This document shows, in pieces, positions 24,960 through 37,180 of a DNA stretch of 64,000 nucleotides; position 1 is the first letter of the stretch, and the number at the start of each line of letters is the position of its first letter. The DNA comes from Phallusia mammillata (taxonomy: Eukaryota), in the NCBI GenBank assembly GCA_965637545.1, contig OZ281496.1:8618001-8682000 (forward strand). Reading direction: 5' to 3'. The notes beneath the pieces are model-generated. The model did not search any database. It was given only the letters and a program-made list of their open reading frames with translations, and was not told the DNA's origin. The translations under genes and the position numbers were made by a program.

Positions 24960-25450
24960 TACTTCCATAAAAAGACGCATCTCCAAATGTCAATGCCAGA
25001 TCATCACATTGTCGATTGTTCCACTGATAAAGACAAAACAAATATACACATTTAACTTATGTATAGAAATATATGTATAGAAAGAACGATACTTTCGCAC
25101 CGAAAGCATTGGTTTGAATTCCTATTTCTTGCATTAACAACATCCTGATTCTGTCCAAGTATTAAACTTTCTCCTTCCTGGACAATATATCTAGGATAAC
25201 TTTTTGGTCCCATTTCTTCACCAATAATGAAAGCTCTATTTATAGCACTTTCGGTGTCAAATCGGACGCTAACATGATTTTAAAAGACATCTGGCGGCTA
25301 GGTTCTAGATCAGTTTTTTTTAAACCATACACACAAGGTGACGCTGGTAAGACTTGGAAAGTACACCTAATGCCAGACAAAGTTTTCTGTTCGACTATTA
25401 CGTGGAAACACAAAATGAGTCAACGAGCAATATGAAACAAAATTGCACAA
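24960..25450 (-). pseudogene. Second pentraxin domain exons (degraded)
   Basis: Reads HFVFPRNS...FPSLTSVTLCVWFK, then GESLILGQNQD...NQCFR|GTIDNVMIW across a short GT-AG intron; several in-frame stops and deletions. Confidence 0.65.
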
Positions 25451-26932
25451 CAATGACTGTTGCACATTAAAAGTCAGCATACTGACTTTTTTGCTTAAAT
25501 TTATGCACAAATCAATTGTTGAGTTTTTTGGTAATTTATACCGATATGGCCGCACGATAAAGTTTGGGACAAATTCGTCTTAACGTTCTTATAGGACAAA
25601 AATACACCAAATGAAAAAAAAACGGAAGAAACCAAACAATATTTTTGTATTTTTTTCGGGGTTAAAAAGTTAACAATGCAGTTTTATTCTACTTTCAAAA
25701 GGGAAGCACTTCTCGGTCGAAATATCCGGGTTCTGGCAACAAAACCAATTGTGGGGAAGACAGTAAACAAGATTCATGGTTTAATAAACTTTAAAAGAGT
25801 TCGAGACAAAGGTTTACACGTGGTTTTAGAATTTACGGTTGGTGACTTCACCTCATCTTATCTTCGTTGACAGGCTGCATGGGAAATGACCTGTTAATAA
25901 TTTTTGGATAATATATAGTGTCAGTTACCAAATCGAAAATAGGGCAAACCACACAACAACAAAGACACTGGGGCACTTTTTGTGCCGGGGAGGAAGAACT
26001 AAGCTATTGTTTCTTGTTATTTGTTAGTGAGAAAAACTCCCTAGCCAGAGTGGCATGCTTTAATGCCACACAATAAATTTTGAGAAAACGAGAATCAGTC
26101 TTTTTTCTATCTTTTTCATGCTGTTAGGCGACGTTAGTGATTGTCAGGGAAAATTGACAACGGCAGTTGGTGTTGAGCAATTCTATACGATAGCACTGTC
26201 AGTTACAGTGTTTAATAGTTTCATAACCTTTTGATTGTCGAAGATAAAGATTGGTGGTTTACAAGAGGACTAACAAAACCGGAAATTTTTGACCAATTTA
26301 AATAACAATGGTTTTACGCTTCTCACTTATGTCATGGTGGTTAGAACAGCGTTTAACTGTCAGGTTTATGAGATTTCGCTGGTCTGATTAATTGTTTATC
26401 ACTGGAATGTTGGTAAGTTCGAGTAAAATAGTACATATTTATCAAGTCAGACTGCACTACGTTTTTAATTCTATGAATGATATTTCAAACCAGGTGGAGA
26501 AGCAGATTTATATTGTACTTGCAATGACGAAAATTATTGTATTAACATATTTAAAAAAACATGAATAGGAAGTACACATTCGCGATAAGACATATTCATT
26601 ATTGAAATGTAAATGTTCTTCCGAGGCTATGGTAATTTAAGAAAACTGGATTACGTTAAAAGTCATAAGACATAAAAGAAAGAGTAACCACATTTGCTAT
26701 TGCTTTTTATAAAATGATGTCTACTTTTTGTTACATAAACAACAGAGTTGTTTTGATACAACTCAAAAGGTTAAAAGCATGTTTAAGTTTTGGAAAGTTT
26801 ACAAATCAGAAAATTGCAAAGTAATAATGAAAACAGAAGAAGCGCAAAAATGCTTTGGCCAATATTGAATTGAATTATCGTCACCTTACATTGATTTGTT
26901 GGATGCAACAAAACACAAGATTAAACATCCAC

Positions 26933-27102
26933 CGGAGGGCACTCGGTCGGAACAGAGTAGCTGCTGTTCCCCCAAATCTCCTCGACATGGTCGGTTGTCA
27001 TGACAACAGCGTGGTCAAACGGACATTTGCACGATGCTTCAATCCTCAGCACTTCCACTTGGGAGAGAACACGAGGCCATATCATAAAGTTGTCGATTGT
27101 TC
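26933..27102 (-). pseudogene. C-terminal exon of the first pentraxin domain
   Basis: Acceptor ttttgaag; GTIDNFMIWPRVLSQVEVLRIEASC matches the pentraxin C-terminal pattern G.I.N..IW.RVL...E; candidate donor gtggat. Confidence 0.7.
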
Positions 27103-27169
27103 CTTCAAAAGAAAAAAAAGAGACAACAATGTGTAACATGTACAAGGTAAACAGATTACTTCAATCCAA

Positions 27170-27420
27170 TATTTTCCACCTGTAGCATTGGTGGGACGAG
27201 GCAGATTGAATAATGCATAAATCATGCAGCGATCCAAACTTGTAAGGGGAGGTAATACCCCACATTCTAGCACATACGCAGTGTTGTCTAGTAGAATCCA
27301 ATCTAGAAGTTGATTAAATCCAGTTGGATAATTGACAAGTTGTGTAAACCCACGCTGTTTTTCAGTGGAGTAGAGAGCAGAGTCAAAAATAGTTAACTTT
27401 GGCCCATGAAATTCACCCAC
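27170..27420 (-). mobile_element. LINE AP-endonuclease fragment
   Basis: GFTQLVNYPTGFNQLLDWILLDN...GVLPPL matches the end of a LINE APE domain. Confidence 0.65.
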
Positions 27421-29641
27421 AATGAGACTTTATTTTACGGATTGATGAAAACGATCTTGTGTGGTACTTAACGTTTTCAAAAATATATTTTTGTGGGTTT
27501 TGCAGTAATTGGGAGTTGAAGATTTTGTAGCCTATTAACAATAAATGACTTAAAACGCCGTAATTCTTTGGCTGAATCTACCTTGCTTGCATCTCATGTC
27601 TAACTATTGCAATCTCATGTAAATCTTATACGCGTCGTTAGAAACAATAGTGATGACACAATACCTGTTGACGTAAATCTGTCGCCTATAATTTTTGCAA
27701 CGAGCTTTACACATAATGCTAACACTTGGTCATGACTTTATCTTTCAACACTTTGTTTGATTTTTCATTACATTAATTGCTATATTTAATTGAAAGAGTA
27801 AAATACTCAAAATTCACCAGCACTTGAAAATGCTCGGTTTAATACAGGATTAAGATGTATTACGACTGTTTTTTGTTGGAAACCTTTATGCATTGACCTC
27901 TTTGGTTTGAGGCTGAGCAAACACCAGAAATAGTAAGAGTAGTTTCTGCGAATATTCAGCTTACCGAGAGTCTCTTTTGTCGTTACAAACCTTTGCGTTT
28001 AGGCTGCAACTTTTGTAACATCCATTAATAACATAGCACAGCAATCATATTTAGTAGCAACCAATCTCCGACTTCCCAAAGGATTCATAAAATCAAGTCT
28101 TGCTGATTTAATGGGAAAGCTTTGTTCTTTCTCGAAGCAGCGCCACACAACCGTCATTTACGTCAGCTTAGCCAATCACGTTGTCGTGTTTGATCACGTG
28201 ACTTGGTTCTGTGCAAAAAGCGTGCGTATAATCAGCGCCTTTTTCTGTTGAAGCTAGGCAGAGTTTTTTATTTCTGACGAGGTGCGTTGTGCAAAGTGTT
28301 TGATTTAGTGGATTCTATTTAAATAAAGGATTAGGCCTTCGTTGTTGTATAAAGTGTATGAAGCTCGTTGCACTAAACCTAGACTCTGAATTTTTAGGAA
28401 ATCTGAGCCATTTTGTGTAATTGTATCCAAAACAAGTTGGGAAGCCACCGGCTAAGGGTAAGTGAAATAAAGTAGGCTAATGTGTTAAACTGTTTTTTAT
28501 CTTTCTTTCTTTTTTGTGAGCAGTTATTACGCGCAATTCAATTCTTGACACATCTTCCATAAAACGATACAAACAAGCGCGTCCCAAAACAAAGTTAACG
28601 CAACACGCGCATTGAAACCTAAAGATTGTCACGCTTGAAATAACATTTTCCAAATTGCGAACGTGGTCATTAAAAATACAAGTGCCCGAAATGGGATTTG
28701 GGCCCACAAGTTTATAAACATCGGGTAGTTGTAATCAACCTCGGTCAGCTTGATTAATGGATGCGTTATCAGTTACCGCGCGTTGTTTGTGAACTTAGGA
28801 ACGTTGATCTCACAGGTGCCGATTTTCTTTTTTATCTTGAATGCTTTTGTAAACCATTGGTCGAGTTGACGTTTGTAGTGATCCAAAACGATAAAATGCT
28901 CTTTTTCAATTTAAGTGAGCCCAAAGCTTCGTGATATAACTGTGGTGCAGTTGATTTTGTTTTACCTATGTATTTGAAATCGGGTTAATTTACTTTTTTA
29001 TGGTTCCTCGCACTCATACAGTTAAATGGACGATTTTGCAGGGAAATCTGTTATTGGAAGCTAACAATAATAATCTCAACATATCGTATGTTTCTTGCTA
29101 AGCAACTAACTTTGTCAACAAACTGTTGTTGATATTAACGAGCGAACAAAAGTTAATCACGGAATTACATACATACAAGAAATAATAAACATAAGTGTAC
29201 TTCCAGGCAGAGGAAACGCCCTCCTAACCACAGATATGCTGTCCAATTCAAAACAGCCCTGTTTTGTTGATGTTGTTTAATACTTGTGTTCGACACATGA
29301 GGAACCACCAACAATCGACACGACCAACTTCCAGCATTTCTAACATACGAGGTATAGTGTTCCGCAAGCTGTTGGTAAGCGTTTACTTTCCTTATATCTT
29401 TAAATCCACTATGGGTTGCACTATAGGTTTGGTGCTGATAATTAGGGCCTACTTTTCAGTATAGGCCTCTCTATTTGGCTTAACATGAAAAGATTACATT
29501 CAAAGTAAATGTTCTTCATGCCTGTGATGCACATTTCCAAAAACGTCAAACACCAAACACTTTTTTTTCTTTTTGTTGCCTTATTAATTTTAGCAAGCAT
29601 TGTTTAAATCTGTTTACATTGTAGCACAGCATACAATTAAC

Positions 29642-30072
29642 CGCACATCAAAAATGTCATTAAATTTTCAACAAAGGTGCCAAATCAGAATAATGACAAC
29701 TTCAATGTTTTCAGTTTATCCTTTTCTTCATCTGCCTTCTCCAATCAGTTCATCTTCGAAATCTGCGAGAAATAAAATATTTGTTTTATTTTCTGCCATC
29801 GGTTTCCGCCCTGCCAAAGGTATTTTTGAAGAAATATGATATCACTGGGAAGATTTATGGTTGTTTGTTTGAACCACAGCATTGCGGCTTGAAATTGCGG
29901 ATATATTTACTTATGTGGGAAAAATTTCAAACTACAAACGCCACACGTGAGATCTTGTACCAACGCTTGTCACCTCTGAAAAGATCTTCAAACATTTTAA
30001 GATCTTCGTTGTTTTCGTAATCCCAGGGAATAGTAACCCTATGAAAAGTTTTATGCAAAATATTTCGATCAA
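29642..30072 (-). pseudogene. Exon carrying the start of the first pentraxin domain (heavily degraded)
   Basis: Acceptor gttatag is in phase with the signal-peptide exon; reads ...RVAFVV*NFSHISKYIR, then a MLWFK piece; donor gttaat joins in frame to GTIDNFMIW. Confidence 0.45.
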
Positions 30073-30162
30073 CTATAACTTGGTTGCACATTTCCTTACA
30101 AGCAAACTTGGTAATTTGTGTTTACAAACCATCTTACCCTCCGTTGACTGTCAACATCTTAC

Positions 30163-30238
30163 CCTCCGTTGACTCTCCTGGATCAACTAATATTGCAACC
30201 AACAAACAAACGACAAGCAACAAACTTAACTTTGTCAT
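30163..30238 (-). pseudogene. First coding exon: signal peptide MTKLSLLLVVCLLVAILVDPGESTE
   Basis: ATG 13 nt downstream of acceptor tgtgtttgcag (30252-30253); hydrophobic core; strong donor gtaaga. Confidence 0.7.
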
Positions 30239-31349
30239 CTCTTCTGTGTCGCTGCAAACACAAGAAACGATGAAATGCTTTTTTCATAAACGCGTGCAAT
30301 ACTAAGGTATGCGCTCAGCTGCAGCAGTACTGTGTTTTTTTTGTTTTTTTAACTAATGTTATTTAAAATCGGCTTACTTAATATTTGTCTCAGGTAAATG
30401 CAAAGTTTGCATGGAAGTCTGGTTTTGGAGGCTAACGAAAATGTTTCCAACACATTGTCTATTTCTCAACAAGAAACTAACTTTGTAAACAAACTGTTGT
30501 TGATATTAACTACACAACTCATGTTCGCACAGTTACATTCAAGACAAAAACTAACAAACAAATCTATTTCCATGCCAACAGACCGACCACACAACCGCAG
30601 ATCTGCCTTCCAACACGAAATAACTCTGTTTTGTTCACGTTGTTTAATACTTGGAGATTCACACCGACAACTCACTGCAAACACTTAATGCGGACAAACA
30701 GATTAAACTTGATCACTTGCTTTTCATCCCGAACCAACATATGTCACAGTGTATTGCTGGAAGTTTGCAGCGAAGTGAACTCACTTATACACAGGAAGTT
30801 GTGATGTGAAATCCACATGGAAGTTTCATTAACATCCCGTTTCTAACTCATGCTGGGTATTTGTGTTTTAACGGGATGTGACAATGTGGATTTTGTCAAA
30901 TACTGCTGTAAAGTTTTACCTGTACTACCATCTCAATCTGCGCAGCTATTTACTACCCGGAAAAGATTATTTCCACCAGATGCAAACATGAGTTTTCTTG
31001 CATAGACCACATACCTTGAGCAGCCGCCGTCAGACCCTTTCCAGAATTATTTCACTCAACAACAATCTTACATTGTGCTGATCTTACATATTTTAGTTTT
31101 GGCGACAATTTAAAATGCGCGCCCTTGAAGCTGATTGATCAGACAACGGTGACTTCACCCAAACGGTGGCGCTGCGTAGCTCTTTTCAAATTGGTTTCGA
31201 ATGTCTGTAAAGCGATAAAATGCCAAGATTAGAATTTCCAATCTTGATGCGATTATCAAGAATATACTATCAACCGGTATGCAATGAACTGAATTCTTTT
31301 GAATTTTGGTTCAAATTAATTCAGTGACCTTTACCTCGTTCTTCACATT

Positions 31350-32215
31350 TAAATACAAACTTAATTTCGTGCAATTGTGCAAACCACTGGTTCTCAAATT
31401 GAAGTATGGTAGTGCAGTGAGCAGACAAAATGATTTAAAAGTCAACAAGTGTACAATACGGTGGTGCGCAAGTTAAATGGTTCGCTTCAGATAGTTTGGT
31501 AAGCATATTTCAGCTTTGATATTGTCTAAAACTTTCATATGCGACCCTTTATTACAATGCATTTGTACTAAACCAGAGAATAACTTCAATAAACCGGGTA
31601 TAAAATGTTTCAGATTTTTGAATAGCGTTCATTGTAGAACCATAAAATTAAGCAGCAATATGTAAACTGTACCATTGTTATTGAATTACTTTTGATATAT
31701 AAAATCAGAAGACCAATTACGGTAAAAAAAGGAACATGATATACATATTTTGTGTTTTGTTTAGGTAATACATTTTTTTCATAGTATCCCTTAAAAATTA
31801 TTACTTCCGCCTTTCCGACATTGTTTTGTCAGACAGATTTTGTGCAGTCAGGTCGCGCTGATTTTTCGTTTTAAACCTCAATGTTACATAACAACTGAAA
31901 ATGAACTAGTGTGCATGCATGTTGTCTAACTAGTTGTAGACTTAATGCTTCAATCCATGGAAATTAAGGAAGTGATCGATCAGTCAGTTTATTCGTATTG
32001 GTGACTGCATGCTGGACAAGCAAAACAAAGTTATTCAGTATAGTATGCTCCAGCATAAGCGCTTTCATGCATGAGCTGTATCCAATGTTACTTTTTCTTA
32101 ACAAAGTGATGCTTACAAACTTACTTGAGGTTAAGGTTCACTAACTAGTGACTAAAAGTTATGGTTTTACAACCTAGTAGCTTTAAGTTAAGGTTTGCAG
32201 ACTAGTACCCTGCAG
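31350..32215. repeat. Orphaned copy of the head-to-head ZF intergenic region
   Basis: 31350-31690 is inverted-homologous to 42270-42555; 31700-32215 is homologous to 62540-63050 and, inverted, to 40270-40440. It is cut off by the Penelope element. Confidence 0.75.
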
Positions 32216-32341
32216 TACTCGTAATTGAAACTTAAAGCTCGAATCACCCAGTCCGTTGCTTGGTGAGTGAAGACTAAAAATCCTTATAGCAATAGATGTA
32301 AGTTCCGACAAATCACTTAGTCGTTCACCCTTTGGTTTTAA

Positions 32342-32380
32342 AGATATATATATTTCGCTATTACAGCATCGTCAGTATCT
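32342..32380 (-). ncRNA. Minimal type I hammerhead ribozyme (left pLTR copy)
   Basis: Exact reverse complement of the 32726-32764 motif. Confidence 0.75.
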
Positions 32381-32725
32381 ACGAACAAGCAGAAAGATTC
32401 ATAAAAAATTAATGAAAACAGTATGCATAAAAGACCTACTAATAAAAGTGTAAAATGGAATGTTAAAAAACGTTACTCAAGCTGCAGCGGCAACCAACGC
32501 ACCGAGTGAACCGCTCGCTGTGTGCGATAGCGTAGTGGTGCGCCAAAGCCGTTTTGTCGTCGTTTGCGTTGTGTTGATGAGTCTTCCATACCGACCTGTG
32601 GCTATTCCAACGGATGGAAAATCGGTTTTTCGTCTGGCCGACATACTGCGCATTGCAAATTCGGCATGTTGCCACATAAATGCCGAAATCCCTACATGTT
32701 AGATGGAATCTTTCTGCTTGTTCGT

Positions 32726-32764
32726 AGATACTGACGATGCTGTAATAGCGAAATATATATATCT
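32726..32764 (+). ncRNA. Minimal type I hammerhead ribozyme in the Penelope pLTR
   Basis: agata-CTGACGA-T-gct(gtaat)agc-GAAA-tatata-tatct: 5-bp stem I, 3-bp stem II, palindromic stem III, predicted cleavage after AUA at 32759. Confidence 0.78.
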
Positions 32765-32930
32765 TTAAAACCAAAGGGTGAACGACTAAGTGATTTGTCG
32801 GAACTTACATCTATTGCTATAAGGATTTTTAGTCTTCACTCACCAAGCAACGGACTGGGTGATTCGAGCTTTAAGTTTCAATTACGAGTATTGCTTCTAC
32901 ACGGCCTAGAATCCTCGTTGCCCGTCTGCT

Positions 32931-35588
32931 ATGGACTGCAAGCAGTATAAAAAGTATGCTTCTATCAAGCAACGAATCCAGCTGCTGAAGAGATGTATGT
33001 ACTTCAACGTTCTTTTACCGTCGAATTGTCGAAAGAGCGTTGATTTCGACCTGCTTATAATCCAACAGAACAGAAGGATTAAAAAAGACCTCCCAAATCT
33101 GCAGGCCAGCGTGGAAAAAGCGCTACCAAATCTGCGCACACTCTCACCAAAAGAACGTTCATACATCTTTCGCTTCGAGCAAAAATGCAAACGTAAATGT
33201 AAACGCAAGTTTAAGTACCTGCTCGAAAGACAAAGCTCGCAGCGCACGGCGTTCAATATTTGCAAAAGCAAACCGCTAACCGCCAATCAAAGACAGAAAA
33301 AGATCAGCAGAAACGTTAAGGACAGAAAAAGATATTTGAGGAGAAAGGAAGAACGCTGTTATGCAAACTTGTTGGCAAAAGTGAAACATAACATCGTCAA
33401 TAAATCAAAGACGGCAATTGAGCTTCGGGACAAATGTTTGTTAGCTCGAGGACTAAACTTTGCTCCAACACCTGGTTGGTCAGAGGGTATTGAAAATCAA
33501 GAGTGGCTTAATGCTCACGGACATGTGAGGCGCGTGGAGTGGCGGTATGTTTTCCGAAAAGACGACAACACCGACGAACCTTTTTTGCCTGAAAGGTTAA
33601 AAATCCCGAAATACTCCAGGCCAAACAAAGACCTGCTTGATGAAGCTACCAAAGCATATGGTGACTTGGTTTTTTCTAAATTGAGAAATTTGGGAGAAAA
33701 AGTAAAATACAACTTCTGCCACAAGAACAACATGAATAAAGACCATAAACAAAGTTTACATAAACTTATAAAATTGACAAAAGACAATCAAATTGTGATT
33801 TGCCGCTCGGACAAAGATGGAAAGATGTTGATATTGGACTTTGATGACTATCGAAAAGTAATGCAACGAGAGATGACTGGTTTTGATCTGCTTCCCCTTA
33901 CCCGAGATGCATTTGATAAACATGTAACGCAAATACGTAAGACTTGCGAGGAAAAGATAATTTCTTTGCACCAGAAGAATGAAATTTCCGATCAGCTTTT
34001 GTTACACGTTGCTGGATTGAAATGTAAGGGAAACCTGTATCATCACGTTACGGGACCAACGGCTAAACATTTTTCTAACAACGCCCCCGCTTATGCATAC
34101 CCCTTATTTAAAACCCATAAACTTTCTGAGGAAGACATTGAAACTATCCGGGTTCATGACATTCCAGTCCGACTGCTGCAAGCATTGTCTCACACCTTTA
34201 CTTCCCGAGTAACTTCGTTCTTGGAATATCTGTTTCAGCCGATAAGCGTTGCCTACTGCCAAAGTATTGTCCCTGAATACTGCCGGGATAGTACTCATTA
34301 CTTGCAGATGTTAGATTGTTGGAAACAAGCCCACAAGGAATTTATTGCAGAGAAAATGAGAGAAACGGAGCTATGCATCATTACGGCCGACGTGACATCA
34401 CTGTACACAAATTTACGCCGCTCACTGATATACACTGCCTTGACGGACGCCTTACAAAGCCACTCCACGTTTTCATCCACTGCAATGAAGAACCTGGTTG
34501 ACCTCACGGTTTTAACTGTGGAAAATGTGATTGTGTGTCACGAAGATCGGTTTTATGCCCAGCGGTCTGGGATTGCCACGGGTGATAACCACAGTGTATC
34601 TCTGGCAAATATGGCGGTTCACTTTATTATAGTCCAGGCGAAGCGGTTCGTCGAAAAGACGGAGATTTTTGCTCATTTTATTGATGACATGGCGTACATA
34701 TGTCTGGGTAAAAAGAAAGCTGAACAGATAAATGACGGCTTAAGAAAATCATTTGCTGAATCTGGTCTTGCATTGACATTTCAGCTAATTGCTACCGATC
34801 AGAAGAAGGGGCACATTTCTTTTCTAGACGTGGAACACGTCATCTGCAATTATGACGTGTTCCAGTTTGTAACAAAAAATCACGTAAAGAAAACTGCTGT
34901 TAACCGCCGTTTTCTGGACGGAAGGTCTCACCATCCAATATCAGTTTTTAAGTCGATTCTGCATGGTGAGGCGAAAAGGATGCGTCGGCTTAATGAAAGA
35001 GACGAAGATTACTCAAAGAGTCTGCGACACCTTCAGCAAAAGGCCATATTGTCAAATTTCCCAAAAAACATGGTCCACGACATCATTGGTAAAGCAGGAA
35101 AATGGACAGAAAGATTTCCGACAAACCCGTCCACAATGTTTGGGGCTCAAAGGGACGTTTGGGCGACTAGTTTTCTTCATCTACTGAAGGCTAGTGAAAA
35201 AGAACGATTGCTGCAACCGAATGTGATGATTTCCTACAGAAAGCCACCGACTCTGGCTAGGATCCTCACAAGATACAGAACTATCGCGCAAAGCAGTTTT
35301 TTGACTAACATTTCATCACTGCCGGGTTCTTTTCCATGCGGCCATTGTGCATTGTGTGGCCACTTCGGTAACCACATGTCTATGGTGGACGCATCCGACA
35401 GCCTAACGGGGTGTTCACATTAGCGTCCCATCTAACATGTAGGGATTTCGGCATTTATGTGGCAACATGCCGAATTTGCAATGCGCAGTATGTCGGCCAG
35501 ACGAAAAACCGATTTTCCATCCGTTGGAATAGCCACAGGTCGGTATGGAAGACTCATCAACACAACGCAAACGACGACAAAACGGCTT
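32931..35588 (+). CDS. Penelope-like reverse transcriptase + GIY-YIG endonuclease (frameshifted, 3'-truncated)
   Basis: 830-aa ORF with RSDKDG, YPLFKTHK, ADVTSLYTN, QRSGIATG, FIDD, SHHP and CGHCALC. After a 1-nt shift at the G-run 35408-35411 it continues LTCRDFGIYVATCRICNAQYVGQT. Confidence 0.9.
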
Positions 35589-36637
35589 AATGTGGAAAAG
35601 TGTTATCTGAAATTAACAATTAAAATACAAACAGCAATACAATTTTTTCTGGCAAATTCGTTGTACATGGTTACCCAAATGTATCTGCTTAATTTCAATA
35701 AAATCGACAAGCCAATAGATATACCTGAATGTTATTTTTTTATACAGTACTATGTTCTGTTTAAATTGTTTGTGACTGAATGACTTTAATCACAGAAATT
35801 GTGCAAAATTGGGTTTAGACTTAGAGGTCATCAGTTTGTATTGTCCTAGCTTCCTATGGTCTATAGATAATGAAGGGTTTGTTTGTCAGCAAGTTGAATG
35901 TTTGATGATGCTAAAATAATATAAAATCCTGATATAAAAACATTTAATATATATATTTCTATTTATCACAATTTTATTGAGTTTCTCTGAGTTGAAAATA
36001 CATGCTGTAATAGCATATAAATCATTTATGCAATTAAAACTGATGAAAAATTTATTAAGTTAGCCTTCAAATTGTTAAGTTAGCCTATTCAAAGTTTGTT
36101 TAACATACTTTATCACTGGCATAGGAGAAGTAACACTGGCGAATCAAGAAGTTTGATTGCTGCACAGACACAACCATTTGTCCTAACTGTAGGGGACAAC
36201 GAGCCATTTCCTTTGGGTTGCTGTTATCCTAACAAGCAATATTTTCTTAAAGACCTGTTTGCTCCTTGAATTGACAAAACCAAAATGTTAAACCTCCAAA
36301 ATTAGTTGAAATAAACTATTGTTGTTAAAGAGGTCCTTAATGAATCATGTACTTTAGTCAAAACAGCTAGTTAAAATTTTGCCTGGTGCCTGTTGGTAAA
36401 CTGTAGTGTCTGTGATCAAACTGTGGGTGGATCAACTTCGGTTAGCAAATTAATAAATGTGTAAATTTGAAAAGGTTCAAGGCATTTAAAAAATATGAGT
36501 TCCTTTCATACAAAACAATATGGGTCCCCTTCAGCAAAGACCAGCACACAATGCGATATCTTAAAAATAAAATGACATGATTCTCAAATTTTGTTGCCAT
36601 TTAAAGTTTATGAGTGGGTAAACCTATTATGAAAAAA

Positions 36638-37180
36638 ATCGACTGATGATGACATCAAAGATTGACGAAACGTCTGAACGATGTATTCTTTATACACCAC
36701 TACCTTGGCAGTAATGTTTATCATTAAACAACTTTTCATCTACTTTTCAATTCTCAAAACTCAAAAGTTTGTTATCAACAATCATCACCAAACAGAGGCT
36801 TAGGTTTTTTTTATCTGAATGTGGATCATTTTAGTTTTACTCCAATTCAAAACAAAGGCTAAAGATTAAAGCAATATTAGCAAAGCAAAGTAGCTCAGTT
36901 TAGTGGGAAAAACTAAGAGTTTTTCAAACAAGAAAATTACTGTGATATGTGTTGTCATTACTAAAGCCATTTCTTATTGTAAACCAATCACTTACACCCA
37001 ATGGGAAATCTTTAAACATATTCGGGCTGTTCAGGTAATCACTGGGCCAATCAGGCTAAAATTTAAACAACACCAAAACAAAACTGATGACAACAGAGAT
37101 TGTCGAAACGTCTGAACGATGTATTCTATATACACCAGTACCTTGGCAGTAATGTTTTTGATCAAATTACTTTTCAAGTC
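36638..37180 (+). repeat. Two ~75-95 bp direct repeats with degenerate hammerhead cores
   Basis: ctgatga(t)gaca....gattg.cGAAACGTCtgaacgatgtattct...taccttggcagtaatgttt at ~36643-36740 and ~37084-37180. Confidence 0.5.

Larger units (their letters stand above)
17384..30238 (-). pseudogene. Multi-exon receptor pseudogene: signal peptide - pentraxin x2 - LDLa repeats - rhodopsin-class 7TM (GRL101/RXFP-like TM domain, no LRRs seen)
   Basis: Collinear minus-strand exons with GT/AG boundaries run from a signal-peptide exon (30163-30238) to a terminal exon ending at 17384, with multiple stops, frameshifts and a MITE in coding sequence. Linking all exons into one gene is an inference. Confidence 0.7.
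32216..35588 (+). mobile_element. Penelope-like retroelement with inverted 3' portion at its left end
   Basis: RT + GIY-YIG ORF; perfect 185-bp inverted repeat (32216-32400 / 32706-32890); antisense copy of the GIY-YIG tail at ~32460-32705; no TSD found. Confidence 0.9.

Noticed and set aside
24960-25025. C-type lectin reading (WNNRQCDD) of this exon
   Set aside because: The alternative frame GTIDNVMIW continues the upstream LILGQNQD...QCF pentraxin motif and parallels the 26933-27102 exon.
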